Part shown: positions 47,200 through 59,014 of the stretch, piece by piece
How the letters are laid out: every line of letters begins with the position of its first letter
Numbering within the stretch: position 1 is the first letter of the stretch
Source of the DNA: Geminicoccaceae bacterium
GTDB lineage: Bacteria; Pseudomonadota; Alphaproteobacteria; Geminicoccales; Geminicoccaceae
DNA: 64,000 nucleotides
NCBI GenBank assembly: GCA_039808865.1
Contig: JBDHTW010000014.1
Location: 12-64,011 of the forward strand
Reading direction: 5' to 3'
The notes under the pieces: generated by a model
What the model was told of the DNA's origin: nothing
What the model saw: only the letters and a program-made list of their open reading frames with translations
Database searches by the model: none
Translations under genes and position numbers: made by a program

Positions 47200-48276
47200 T
47201 CATACCGAGGTCGGTGGCGGCTCCTCGTCGAGCCAGCTCCGAAAGAGCGTGTAACCGACGCCGAGCAGCGTGGCACCGACAAACAGGCCGATGAAGCCGT
47301 AGGCGAGCAGGCCGCCGATGACGCCCACGAAGATCAGCAGGAGCGGCAGCTTCGCGCCCTGGCTGATCAGGTAGGGACGGATGAAGTTGTCGACCGTGCT
47401 GACGACGAACGTCCCCCAGACGGCCAGGAAGATCGCGAGCCCGGTCGAACCCTTGTAGCCGAGCCAGATCACCACCGGCAGCCACACCAGCCAGTTGGGC
47501 AGCTGGAGCACGAGCAGAAAGAAGGTGACGAAGCCGAGCACCACCGGGCCCGGGGCGCCGACGACGACCAAACCGAACACCAGCAGCACGGCTTGAATGA
47601 ACGCCGTGAAGATGATGCCGGCGGCGACCCCGCGGATGGTCTGGGCGGCGACGTCGATCAGGCCCAGATGGTGCTCGCCGCCGACCCGCGCCACGAACCG
47701 CTGCAGCACCAGCACCGCCGACTCGCCGGTGACGAGGAGTATGGCGGCGATGATGATCGCGACCAGGAATTCCAGGATCGCCACGCCGAGCCCGGCGCCG
47801 AACGACAGGCTGTAACCGGCCGCCGTGCCGATATAGGGCTGCAGCCGCTGCAGCGATGCCGGGAGATCGACCATCGCCTCGCGCCAGCGATCGTCCAGCG
47901 TGATGCCGATCACCGGCAGGTCGCGCAGCCAGGTCGGAGGCTCGGGCAGCCGCACCGTGGTGAGGTCGCGCACGAGCCCAGCCACGGCGCCGACGCCTTC
48001 GGCGAGCGAGGTCACCAGCATGGTGATCGGCACGACGAGGATGAGCAGGAGCGCGACGGTGACGATCACCGCCGCCAGCTTGCGGCGATTGCCCAGATAG
48101 CCGGCAAGCCAGCGGTACGGGTGCCAGGAGGCGACGGCGATGATGATGCCCCAGAGCATCGGCCCGACGAACGGCTCGACGATCTGCAGGCAGGCGACGA
48201 CGAGGAACACCAAGAGCGCCAGCAGGATGACGCGCTCGACGAAGCGATCACGCAGAAAGTCGCCCGTTCGGTTCAT
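47200..48276 (-). CDS. AI-2E family transporter (YdiK-like)
   Basis: PFVGPMLWGIIIA..WHPY, DNFIRPYLI, GVIGGLLAYGFIGLFVG. Confidence 0.88.
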   Translation of the reverse strand: MNRTGDFLRDRFVERVILLALLVFLVVACLQIVEPFVGPMLWGIIIAVASWHPYRWLAGYLGNRRKLAAVIVTVALLLILVVPITMLVTSLAEGVGAVAGLVRDLTTVRLPEPPTWLRDLPVIGITLDDRWREAMVDLPASLQRLQPYIGTAAGYSLSFGAGLGVAILEFLVAIIIAAILLVTGESAVLVLQRFVARVGGEHHLGLIDVAAQTIRGVAAGIIFTAFIQAVLLVFGLVVVGAPGPVVLGFVTFFLLVLQLPNWLVWLPVVIWLGYKGSTGLAIFLAVWGTFVVSTVDNFIRPYLISQGAKLPLLLIFVGVIGGLLAYGFIGLFVGATLLGVGYTLFRSWLDEEPPPTSV

Positions 48277-48340
48277 ACCGTCCGCCACTCCGCCGGCCCG
48301 GCTGCAAGCTAGCACCGCCTCGCCCGGCATGGGATGCGGC

Positions 48341-49636
48341 TCAGGTCTCCTGCTGAAAGATAGTCCGCCCGTCGACCAGCGTGCGCAGCACCCGCCCCTC
48401 GACCAGCCGGCCCTCGAACGCCGTGTTCTTGGACAGGCTCTTCAGGCTGGCCTCGGTGATCTTCCAGGGCGCATCCGGATCGAACAGCACGAGGTCGGCG
48501 GGCGCGCCCTTGGCCAGCCGGCCGGCATCGAGGCCGAGAATGCGCGCCGGGGCTTCGGTCATCGTCCGCAGCAGCGGCAGCAGGCCGAGCTCCCCCTCGT
48601 GCACCAGGCGCAGGCAGATCGGCAGCATGGTCTGCATGCCGAGCACGCCGAACTCGGCCTGGGCGAACGGCAAGCGCTTGCTGTCCTGATCCTGCGGGCA
48701 GTGATCGCTCGCGATGACGTCGATGGTGCCATCCTTGAGCCCGGCCACCACCGCGAGCCGGTCGTCCTCGGTGCGCAGCGGCGGCCTGACCTTGGCGAAG
48801 GTCCGGTAGCCTTCGACCTCGAGCTCGTTCAGGGCCAGATAATGCGGGGCCGTGTCGCACGTGACCTGCAGACCGCGCCGCTTGCCGTCCCGGATCGCGG
48901 CCACCGCTCCGGCCGTCGACACGTGGGCGAAGTGCAGCCGGCCGCCGGTGAGCTCGAGCAGGCGCAGGTCGCGCTCGATCATGATGGTCTCGGCGGCCGG
49001 CGGGATGCCGGCAAGGCCGAGCCTGGACGCCAGCGGGCCCTCGTTCATCACGCCGTGCAGCGCCAGCGCCGGCTCCTCCGGATGCTGCACGATCAGCGCG
49101 TCGAAGCCCGCCGCGTAGGACAGTGCCCGGCGCATGACCCGCGCGTCGGCCAGCGCCCGCTCGCCGTCGGTGAAGGCCACGGCCCCCGCGGCCTTGAGCA
49201 GGCCGATCTCCGCCAGCTCCTGGCCCTTCAGCTGCTTGGTGATCGCGGCGTAGGGGTGGACCTTGCCGAGCTTCACCTGCCGGGCGCGGCGGGCGACGAA
49301 CTCGACCATCGCCGGGTCATCGATCGGCGGGTCCGTGTTGGGCAGCACCGCCATGCTGGTGACGCCGCCGGCCGCCGCGGCAGCGGCGCCGCTGTCGACC
49401 CGCTCCTTGTGCTCCGCACCGGGCTCGCCGAGCTGGACGCGCATGTCGACGAGGCCGGGCGCCAGGCAGAAGCCCCTGGCGTCGATCACCTCCGCACCAC
49501 CCGGGGCCATCGCACCGGTGACGCCCGGGCCGAGCTCCGCGATGCGCGTGCCGACGATGAGCAGGCCGCCGCGGCTGTCGAGTCCGGTCGCGGGATCGAG
49601 CAGCCGTGCGTTGACGATCAGGACCGGGCGGCTCAT
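48341..49636 (-). CDS. pyrC: Dihydroorotase (alphaproteobacterial PyrC/PyrC'-type)
   Basis: PGLVDM, PNT.P, TDG, PPLR, ASDHCP, SKNT.F; the metal-binding HxH reads R-V-Q, so it may be the inactive PyrC' that partners PyrB. Confidence 0.85.
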   Translation of the reverse strand: MSRPVLIVNARLLDPATGLDSRGGLLIVGTRIAELGPGVTGAMAPGGAEVIDARGFCLAPGLVDMRVQLGEPGAEHKERVDSGAAAAAAGGVTSMAVLPNTDPPIDDPAMVEFVARRARQVKLGKVHPYAAITKQLKGQELAEIGLLKAAGAVAFTDGERALADARVMRRALSYAAGFDALIVQHPEEPALALHGVMNEGPLASRLGLAGIPPAAETIMIERDLRLLELTGGRLHFAHVSTAGAVAAIRDGKRRGLQVTCDTAPHYLALNELEVEGYRTFAKVRPPLRTEDDRLAVVAGLKDGTIDVIASDHCPQDQDSKRLPFAQAEFGVLGMQTMLPICLRLVHEGELGLLPLLRTMTEAPARILGLDAGRLAKGAPADLVLFDPDAPWKITEASLKSLSKNTAFEGRLVEGRVLRTLVDGRTIFQQET

Positions 49637-50589
49637 GCCGCCTCCCCGCGCAGCTCGCGGGTCAAGGCATCGAGCACGGCCATGCGCACCGCCACCCCCA
49701 TCTCGACCTGATCGAGGATGGCGCTGCGGTCGATGTCGTCGGCGACCACGCCGTCGATCTCGACCCCGCGGTTCATCGGCCCCGGATGCATGATCAGCGC
49801 ATCGGGCCTGGCGACGCGGAGCTTGTCGTAGGTCAGCCCGTAGAAATGGAAATACTCGGCCACGGAGGGCACGAAGCTGCCCTGCATCCGCTCGGTCTGC
49901 AGCCGCAGCATCATGACGATGTCGACGTCCTCGAGCCCACGCTGCATGTCGGTGAACACGTCGACACCGAAGCTCTCGATCCCGCTCGGCAGCAGCGTCG
50001 GCGGCGCCACCACCCGCACGCGCGCGCCCATCGCCAGCAGGAGCAGGATGTTCGACCGGGCGACGCGGCTGTGCAGGATGTCGCCGCAGATGGCGACGGT
50101 CAGGCCCTCGATCCGCCCTTTGCGCCGCCGGATCGTCAACGCGTCCAGGAGAGCCTGGGTCGGGTGCTCGTGGGCACCGTCGCCGGCGTTGATCACCGAG
50201 CAACGCACATGCCGGGCGAGCAGCGCCACGGCGCCACTGTCCTGATGCCGCACCACCAGCACGTCCGGATGCATCGCATTCAGCGTCATCGCGGTGTCGA
50301 TCAGCGTCTCGCCCTTCTTCATGGCCGAGCTGGCGACCGACATGTTGACGACGTCGGCGCCGAGCCGCTTGCCCGCCAGCTCGAAGCTGGTCTGCGTGCG
50401 GGTGCTGCTCTCGAAGAACAGATTGATGTGGGTGAGGCCGCGCAGAAGCTGGAGTTTCTTGTCGGCCTGCCGGTTCAGCGCGACGAAGCCGTCGGCGCGA
50501 TCGAGCAGATCCTGAATCTCGAAGGCCTGCAATCCCTCGATCCCGAGGAGATGCTTGTGCTGGAAGGCGAGCGGCGGGGCGGTGCGCAT
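49633..50589 (-). CDS. pyrB: Aspartate carbamoyltransferase catalytic subunit
   Basis: [54 protein letters not shown]. Confidence 0.97.
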   Translation of the reverse strand: MRTAPPLAFQHKHLLGIEGLQAFEIQDLLDRADGFVALNRQADKKLQLLRGLTHINLFFESSTRTQTSFELAGKRLGADVVNMSVASSAMKKGETLIDTAMTLNAMHPDVLVVRHQDSGAVALLARHVRCSVINAGDGAHEHPTQALLDALTIRRRKGRIEGLTVAICGDILHSRVARSNILLLLAMGARVRVVAPPTLLPSGIESFGVDVFTDMQRGLEDVDIVMMLRLQTERMQGSFVPSVAEYFHFYGLTYDKLRVARPDALIMHPGPMNRGVEIDGVVADDIDRSAILDQVEMGVAVRMAVLDALTRELRGEAA

Positions 50590-50849
50590 CGGGCGCGGAC
50601 TATGCCGTCGTCGCTCGCGCCCGGCAAGGGTGCTGCCGCGGCCCGGCTCTTGGTGCAGGTGCAACCGGGACCATATCCAGGTATCTTGTGGCGTTTTTTG
50701 CCGTGCCTCGGGCGCGAGCAGAAGGCTACCAACGCCGGCAGGGCTCGGGCCCGGCGCAAGGACCGATCTCGGACCAAGCGGCCTGGCGCGCATGAGCCGG
50801 CCGGAAGCAGCGTGGCCGACCGAGCGATCAGGCCATGCCGGAGTGATGC

Positions 50850-52430
50850 ATGCTTCGTGAATCGAGCTGGCGCAGGCGGGCGAGATGGTTCCGGTGCGCG
50901 ATCGCGGCCATGGCGGCCGGCACGGCCGTCCTGCCGCCGCCCGACGCCCGGGCGGCCAGCGGCGATCCCGCGCCGACGGCCTCGCCATTGTCTCCGGCCA
51001 CGCCCGCCTATTTCCGCTTCCTCTATCCGATGTACGCCAAGGCCCCCCGGCCGGCGGAAATCTACCGCCAGGGCGGCATCCCGGCCATCGTGCCCAAGCT
51101 CGAGGTCGACTGGGACCCGTTCGGCAGGGTCGGCACCTACCTGCCGAACGGCCCGGTGCAGACCGCCGCCAACGCCTTTTTCCAGGCGCTGGGAACCAAC
51201 GGTCGCTCCTGCGCCACCTGCCATCAGCCGTCGAGCGGCATGGGGCTGAGCTTGCGCAACATCAAGGCGCGGTTCAACGCGACCGGCGGGAAGGACCCGC
51301 TGTTCGCCCCGGTGGACGGCGCCAACTGCCCGCCAGCCGCCCCGCCGGGCTCCACACCGACGACCAATCGCGCGGCCTACAGCGTCATGCTCGACCGCGG
51401 CGCCGTGCGCATCCCGCTACCCTGGCCGCCCAGGGATGCCGGCGGCATGGCCAAGCCGGTCGAGTTCGACATCACGATCACGCCGCAGGCGGACAAGCCG
51501 GGGTGCAACGTCGACTCAACCTACGGGGTCACCGCCGGCTACGTCTCGGTCTATCGGCGGCCGCTGATGGCGGCCCAGATGAACTTCAAGACGCTGCGTG
51601 CGAACGGTAAGGGTCCGATTCTCCCCGGCAGCCTGATGTGGGACGGCCGTGAGCCGTCCCTGGAGCAGCAGGCGATCAACGCGACCCTCGGCCACGCGCA
51701 GGCGACCCATGCCCCGACCACGGCCGAGCTTCGCCAGATCGTCCAGTTCCAGAACGGCATCTTCAGCGCGCAACTGATCGATGGGGCGGCGGGCCGGCTG
51801 GATGCGCAGGGTGCCAAGGGCGGGCCGGTGCACCTTGCCAAGCAGGTTCCCGAGCAGGCCGTGGGTCCGACCTTCGACGAGTACCAACGCTGGGCGGGCG
51901 GTGCGGCGAAGGCGCGCTCGATCGCGCGCGGTCAGGACATCTTCAACAACCGGCTGTTCATCATCCAGAACGTCGCCGGCTTCAACGACCGCGTCGATGT
52001 CGGCAATCCCGCGGTCGGCTCCTGCAGCACCTGCCACAACGTCGCCCATGCCGGGTCCGATGCGCTGGCCGGGCCGCAGCGCGACATCGGCATCGGCGGC
52101 ACGGCGCAGTTCATCGGCGGCCCGAAGCCGGCAGCCAGCCTGCCGCGCTTCACGCTGACCTGCCATGCCGACGCCATACCGCATCCCTATCTCGGGCGCG
52201 GACCGATCGTGACCAACGATCCCGGCATGGCGCTGCTGACCGGCAAGTGCGCCGACATCGGCAAGTTCACGCTGCCGCAGCTGCGCGCCCTGGCGGCGCG
52301 GGAGCCCTATTTCCACGACGGCAGCGCGCGCACCTTGAAGGCCGTGGTCGACGTCTACAACCAGCGCTTCAACGTCGGCCTGACGGCCCAGGACGAAGAG
52401 GATCTCGTCAGTTTTCTGGCCGCACTCTAG
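50850..52430 (+). CDS. Exported di-haem cytochrome c of the bCcP/MauG superfamily
   Basis: Two CxxCH (CATCH 51210-51224, CSTCH 52023-52037), [28 protein letters not shown]...VVDVYN; N-terminal signal. Confidence 0.82.
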   Translation: MLRESSWRRRARWFRCAIAAMAAGTAVLPPPDARAASGDPAPTASPLSPATPAYFRFLYPMYAKAPRPAEIYRQGGIPAIVPKLEVDWDPFGRVGTYLPNGPVQTAANAFFQALGTNGRSCATCHQPSSGMGLSLRNIKARFNATGGKDPLFAPVDGANCPPAAPPGSTPTTNRAAYSVMLDRGAVRIPLPWPPRDAGGMAKPVEFDITITPQADKPGCNVDSTYGVTAGYVSVYRRPLMAAQMNFKTLRANGKGPILPGSLMWDGREPSLEQQAINATLGHAQATHAPTTAELRQIVQFQNGIFSAQLIDGAAGRLDAQGAKGGPVHLAKQVPEQAVGPTFDEYQRWAGGAAKARSIARGQDIFNNRLFIIQNVAGFNDRVDVGNPAVGSCSTCHNVAHAGSDALAGPQRDIGIGGTAQFIGGPKPAASLPRFTLTCHADAIPHPYLGRGPIVTNDPGMALLTGKCADIGKFTLPQLRALAAREPYFHDGSARTLKAVVDVYNQRFNVGLTAQDEEDLVSFLAAL

Positions 52431-52590
52431 GCACGGGTCTGGCGGCCCGTTCCCGGCGCGGGCGTTGCGCCTCCTCGTGGGGGTGAGGATGGAACGGTCG
52501 AGCAGGGGCGCACATCGTCCTGGCCAAGCATGGCGGGCGACCGTACGTTCCGGCCGATGCGTCGACCTAGCTACGGAGTGAACGGCCATC

Positions 52591-53040
52591 ATGGCCGAAG
52601 GGCTGCTGACCCGGGAACCGATCACCGATTTCGGCGAATTCCGGGCCTATCTGCGCCACGAGCGGGAGGAGATGGTCTTCGAGGCGTTCCGCGAGCAGGA
52701 CGGGCGCGCCTGGCTGCTGCGGGTACCCGTGCAGGCGCGGACGGCGCTGGCAGGCCTCGTGCGCGAGGTCGGGCCGATGCTGGCCGATCCGGCGCAGGCC
52801 GCGGCCATCGACCCGGCCGGTGCGGCCATCCTCAAGCAGGTGGCGATCGGGCCGAAGGATCAGCTCGCCGCCGTCGTGCTCGAGGACGGTGGCGAGCGGG
52901 CGTTCGCGCTGTGGCGTCAGGAGCAGCTGCGTAGCGGCTGGAGCTGGACCATCGACGTCGTGGTGGTGCCGATCGAGCTCGCGAAAAGCCTGTGCAGCCT
53001 CGTGCTGCAGGTGATCGATCGGCTCAACGGCCGGCGCTAG
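52591..53040 (+). CDS. Hypothetical protein (149 aa, no recognised domain)
   Basis: Open frame filling the gap between known genes, GC3-rich codons, GGAG upstream. Confidence 0.65.
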   Translation: MAEGLLTREPITDFGEFRAYLRHEREEMVFEAFREQDGRAWLLRVPVQARTALAGLVREVGPMLADPAQAAAIDPAGAAILKQVAIGPKDQLAAVVLEDGGERAFALWRQEQLRSGWSWTIDVVVVPIELAKSLCSLVLQVIDRLNGRR

Positions 53041-53050
53041 AGGCGTCGAT

Positions 53051-53467
53051 TCAGTAGATCATGCCCAGCTCGAGCTGGGCCTCCTCGGTCATCATCGACG
53101 GATTCCACGGCGGATCCCAGACGATCTTGACCTCGCAGCCCTGCACGCCCTCGACGGCACCGACCTTCAGCTCGACCTCGCCCGGCAGCGATTCGGCCAC
53201 CGGACAGTTCGGCGACGTCAACGTCATCTCGAGCAGGACACGGTCGTCGTCCTCGATGTCGATCTTGTAGACCAGCCCCAGCTCGTAGATGTTCACCGGG
53301 ATCTCGGGGTCGTAGATCGTCCGCAGCGCCTCGATGATCCGCTCGCCCAGCTGCTCGACCTCGGCCTGCCGCGCGCGCTCGGCCTGCGCGGCCGGCTCGT
53401 CGGCCAGGATCGCCTCGGCCCGCTCGAGGGCGGCGTCGGCGCCGGTCACCGTTGCGAAATCCGTCAT
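53051..53467 (-). CDS. sufT: SUF system Fe-S cluster maturation protein (DUF59)
   Basis: IYDPEIPVNIYELGLVY, MTLTSPNCP, WDPPW. Confidence 0.9.
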   Translation of the reverse strand: MTDFATVTGADAALERAEAILADEPAAQAERARQAEVEQLGERIIEALRTIYDPEIPVNIYELGLVYKIDIEDDDRVLLEMTLTSPNCPVAESLPGEVELKVGAVEGVQGCEVKIVWDPPWNPSMMTEEAQLELGMIY

Positions 53468-54723
53468 TGCAGCATCTCCGCTACTCGCCTGAGGCTGGCG
53501 ACGAAGGCATCGATATCGTCGTGGCTGGTGTAGAGGCCGACCGACGCCCTGGCGCTGGCGGCCAGGCCCAGCCGATCGTGCAGCGGCATGGCGCAGTGAT
53601 GGCCGGTGCGCACCGCGATCCCGTCGAGATCGAGAAGCGTGCCGATGTCCTGTGGATGCACGCCGTCAACGGCGAAGGTCAGCACGCTGCACTTGTCCCG
53701 GGCGGTGCCGATGACGCGCACGCCCGGCACCTGGTTGATCGCCCGGGTGGCATAGGCCAGCAGCTCGCCTTCGTGCGCGGCGATCGCCTCCAGGCCCAGC
53801 CCCCGGACATAGTCGATCGCGGCACCCAGAGCCACGATCCCGGCGATGTCGGGCGTGCCGGCCTCGAACTTGAAGGGGATCTCGTTCCAGGTCGTCCCGG
53901 CGAAGCTCACCCGCTCGATCATGTCGCCGCCGCCCTGATAAGGCGGCATCGACTCCAGATGGCCGGCCTTGCCGTACAGCACGCCGACGCCGGACGGGCC
54001 GTAGAGCTTGTGCCCGGAGAAGGCGAGGAAGTCGGCGTCCAGCTCCTGCACGTCGACCGGGATGTGCTGCACGGCCTGGGCCGCGTCGATCAGGATCGGA
54101 ATGCCCCGCGCATGCGCGATCCGGACCAGCTCATGCACCGGGTTGACCGTGCCCAGCACGTTGGACACCCACGCGACCGCGATCATCCGGGTCCGCTCGC
54201 TGATCCGCTCGACGAAGGCGTCGAGCAGCAGCTCGCCCGCATCGTCGACCGGTGCCGCGACGACCTTGGCCCCGGCGGTGGCGGCGGCCATCTGCCACGG
54301 CACGATGTTGGCGTGGTGCTCCATCTCGGTCACCAGCACCTCGTCGCCGGGCTGCAGGCGAGGCCGCAGGAACGAGGCCGCGACCAGGTTGATGGCCTCG
54401 GTGGCGTTGCGGGTGAAGATGATCTCGCGCCAGTCGGCGGCGCCGAGGAAGCGCTGCACCTTGCGCCGGGCCGCGTCGTCGGCCGCCGTCGCGCGCTGGC
54501 TGAGATCGTACACGCCGCGGTGGATGTTGGCGTAATCCTGCTCGTAGAAGCGCTTGAGCGTGTCGATGACCACCGCCGGCTTCTGCGCGCTGGCCGCGGT
54601 GTCGAGATAGACCAGCGGCCGGTCGTTCATCCGCGTCGCCAGGATCGGGAAATCGCGGCGCACCCGCTCCACGTCGTAGGCCGGCGCGGCCGCGGCCTGT
54701 GGACGGGCCGCCATCGTGTTCAT
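53464..54723 (-). CDS. sufS: Cysteine desulfurase (group II)
   Basis: YLDTAAS, ANIHRG, EMEHHAN, FSGHK (PLP Lys), RTGHHCA. Confidence 0.95.
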   Translation of the reverse strand: MNTMAARPQAAAAPAYDVERVRRDFPILATRMNDRPLVYLDTAASAQKPAVVIDTLKRFYEQDYANIHRGVYDLSQRATAADDAARRKVQRFLGAADWREIIFTRNATEAINLVAASFLRPRLQPGDEVLVTEMEHHANIVPWQMAAATAGAKVVAAPVDDAGELLLDAFVERISERTRMIAVAWVSNVLGTVNPVHELVRIAHARGIPILIDAAQAVQHIPVDVQELDADFLAFSGHKLYGPSGVGVLYGKAGHLESMPPYQGGGDMIERVSFAGTTWNEIPFKFEAGTPDIAGIVALGAAIDYVRGLGLEAIAAHEGELLAYATRAINQVPGVRVIGTARDKCSVLTFAVDGVHPQDIGTLLDLDGIAVRTGHHCAMPLHDRLGLAASARASVGLYTSHDDIDAFVASLRRVAEMLQ

Positions 54724-56051
54724 GCCAGCTCCTCCAGCGCCGCCCCGCCCGGCAGCCGCGCCAGCGCCGCGCGGCGCACGTGACGGCGCACGGAATCGTC
54801 GGTGAAGCGCTCGATGACCTCGGCCGCGAACGCGAAGGTCAGCACGCTCTCGGCCACCGCCCGCGGCAGCCCGCGCGAGCGGAGATAGAACAGGGCCACC
54901 GGGTCGAGCTCGCCGCAGGTGGCGCCATGGCTGCACTTGACGTCGTCGGCGTAGATCTCGAGCTCGGGCTTGGTGTCGATCTCGGCATCGTCCGACAGCA
55001 GCAGATTGTCGTTCTTCTGGAAGGCGTTGGTCTTCTGCGCCTCCTTGTGCACGAAGATCTTGCCGGCGAAGACCGCATGCGCGCGATCACCGATCACGCC
55101 TTTGTAGAACTGATCGGAGTGGCTGCCCGGAGCGGCATGATGGACGTGGAGCAGGTTGTCGACGTGCTCGCGCCCCTGGGCCAGATAGACGCCGTTGAGC
55201 AGGCACTCGACGCCACGGCCTTCGAGCCGGGCATCGGTCTCGTTGCGCAGCAGGGCACCGCCCATCGTCGCCAGCGACTGCGTCGAGCGCACGTCCTTGG
55301 CCAGCCGCATGAACGTCTTGCCGATCAGGCTGCTCTCGTCGCCCAGCACCTGGACCCGGTCGTGCTGCAGCACGGCACCCGCCTCGAGCCCGATCTGGGT
55401 GACGAGATTGGTCAGGTTGGGTCCACGGCCGAGCGTGGCGTGGCTCTCGATCAGCCGCAGCTTGGCACCGGCGCCGAGCCTGACCACGATGCGCGGATGG
55501 CTCATGAACGGCGCCGTCCGGCCGACGGTCAGGAACAGCAGCTGCACCGTTTCCGGCGCCTCCACCCCGTCGTCGAGCTCGATCCAGGCGCCGCCACCGG
55601 CGAAGGCGGCATTGAGGGCCGTGAAGGAGCGGTCGTCGGTGGCCTCGGCCAGGGTCGCGGCCACGCGGGCCGGATCCTGCTCGAGCGCGCGCGCGAGGCT
55701 CATCACCCGCATGCCGGCCGGCAGGCTCTGCACATGGCTCAGCTCGGTCGAGACGTGGCCGTTGACGAAGATCAGGCGCCGGGTGAGCGGACCGCCCAGC
55801 AGGTGCGGTGCCACGGCATCCAGCGCGACGTCGGTCCTGGGTGCCAGCGCCATCGGCACGTTCGCCACGCGCGCGACGTTGGTGTACTTCCATGCCTCGC
55901 TGCGCGTGGTCGGAAAGCCCTGGGTCTCGAACCGCGCGAAGCTGGCCTGCCGCCAGTCGCGCAGGCCGGTACCGGGCAGCTTGCCCTGCACGTCGGCGAA
56001 GGCCGCGCCGAACGCCGGCAGCGGCTCGATGCTGCGTCTGGCCAGCGCCAT
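54720..56051 (-). CDS. sufD: Fe-S cluster assembly protein SufD
   Basis: EAWKYT, ALNAAF, TKPELEIYADDVKCSHGATCG, FYLRSRG. Confidence 0.95.
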   Translation of the reverse strand: MALARRSIEPLPAFGAAFADVQGKLPGTGLRDWRQASFARFETQGFPTTRSEAWKYTNVARVANVPMALAPRTDVALDAVAPHLLGGPLTRRLIFVNGHVSTELSHVQSLPAGMRVMSLARALEQDPARVAATLAEATDDRSFTALNAAFAGGGAWIELDDGVEAPETVQLLFLTVGRTAPFMSHPRIVVRLGAGAKLRLIESHATLGRGPNLTNLVTQIGLEAGAVLQHDRVQVLGDESSLIGKTFMRLAKDVRSTQSLATMGGALLRNETDARLEGRGVECLLNGVYLAQGREHVDNLLHVHHAAPGSHSDQFYKGVIGDRAHAVFAGKIFVHKEAQKTNAFQKNDNLLLSDDAEIDTKPELEIYADDVKCSHGATCGELDPVALFYLRSRGLPRAVAESVLTFAFAAEVIERFTDDSVRRHVRRAALARLPGGAALEELA

Positions 56052-56053
56052 GG

Positions 56054-56836
<783 letters not shown>

Positions 56837-56863
56837 GATCCGATCCGTACTCCTGAGCCGTCC

Positions 56864-58309
<1,446 letters not shown>

Positions 58310-58343
58310 CTCTACCACTCCGTCACGTTCCAGCGCCGTCGCG

Positions 58344-58802
58344 TCACGACCGCGCGTTCACCACAGGCTGCTCGCCGGGGAGCAGGAAAGCCGCCGGGAT
58401 CGTCAGCGCCATCTCGGCCAAGGTGACCTCGCTCAGCGCATCGCGGATCGCACCGTTGATCCGCTCCCAGTTCGCCCGCGCCGGGCACAGGCTGATGATG
58501 CTGCAATCGCCGGGCGTCGGTTCGCTGCACGAGGTGATCGCGATCGGCCCGTCCAGCGCTTCGATCACCTCGGCCACCGTGATCGCGGCCGCTGTGCGGG
58601 CGAGACCGTAGCCACCGTGCGCGCCGCGGTGCGAAACCAGCAGCTCGGCCCGCGTCAGCAGCTTCAGGACCTTGCTGGTCATCGGCTGCGGCACGTTCGT
58701 CGCCACCGCGATCTCGGGCGCCGTCTGCTGGCGGTCGGGGTGCCGAGCCAGATGCGACGCGACGACGATGCCATAGTCGGCGAGCTTGCTGAGCCTGATC
58801 AC
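58344..58802 (-). CDS. Rrf2-family SUF regulator (IscR-like)
   Basis: [23 protein letters not shown], three Cys in C-x7-C-x5-C. Confidence 0.9.
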   Translation of the reverse strand: MIRLSKLADYGIVVASHLARHPDRQQTAPEIAVATNVPQPMTSKVLKLLTRAELLVSHRGAHGGYGLARTAAAITVAEVIEALDGPIAITSCSEPTPGDCSIISLCPARANWERINGAIRDALSEVTLAEMALTIPAAFLLPGEQPVVNARS

Positions 58803-58825
58803 CGTCCGTCCGCAGACTGGTGGAA

Positions 58826-58850
58826 AATCAGGACCAACTCGGTCCTGATT
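58826..58850. promoter_or_regulatory. Rrf2-type operator for the suf operon
   Basis: Perfect 10-5-10 inverted repeat AATCAGGACC-AACTC-GGTCCTGATT, 24 nt upstream of the Rrf2 start. Confidence 0.75.
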
Positions 58851-58885
58851 GCTTCTTTAGATGCCTTCTGAATAGCGGATGTCAA
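58851..58885 (-). promoter_or_regulatory. Sigma70-type promoter of the suf operon
   Basis: TTGACA on the minus strand at 58880-58885; weak -10 (CATCTA/TCTAAA) 16-18 nt downstream, just before the operator. Confidence 0.5.
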
Positions 58886-59014
58886 GCCGGGTCGTTGGAA
58901 TCCTGTCGGCGGCGACGCTGCACGCCGCCAAGCCCGGCTTGCCGCGCCGGCGGGGCAGCGTTAAGCACGTCGCGCCGGCGCGCGCCAGCCCGCCGAAGCC
59001 GGAGGGCCGCAAGA

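Noticed and set aside
52591-53040. 149-aa Trp-containing protein as the TTQ-type substrate of the di-haem enzyme
   Set aside because: It has no signal peptide while the haem enzyme is exported, no MauA-like Cys pattern, and a 160-nt gap that may hold its own promoter.
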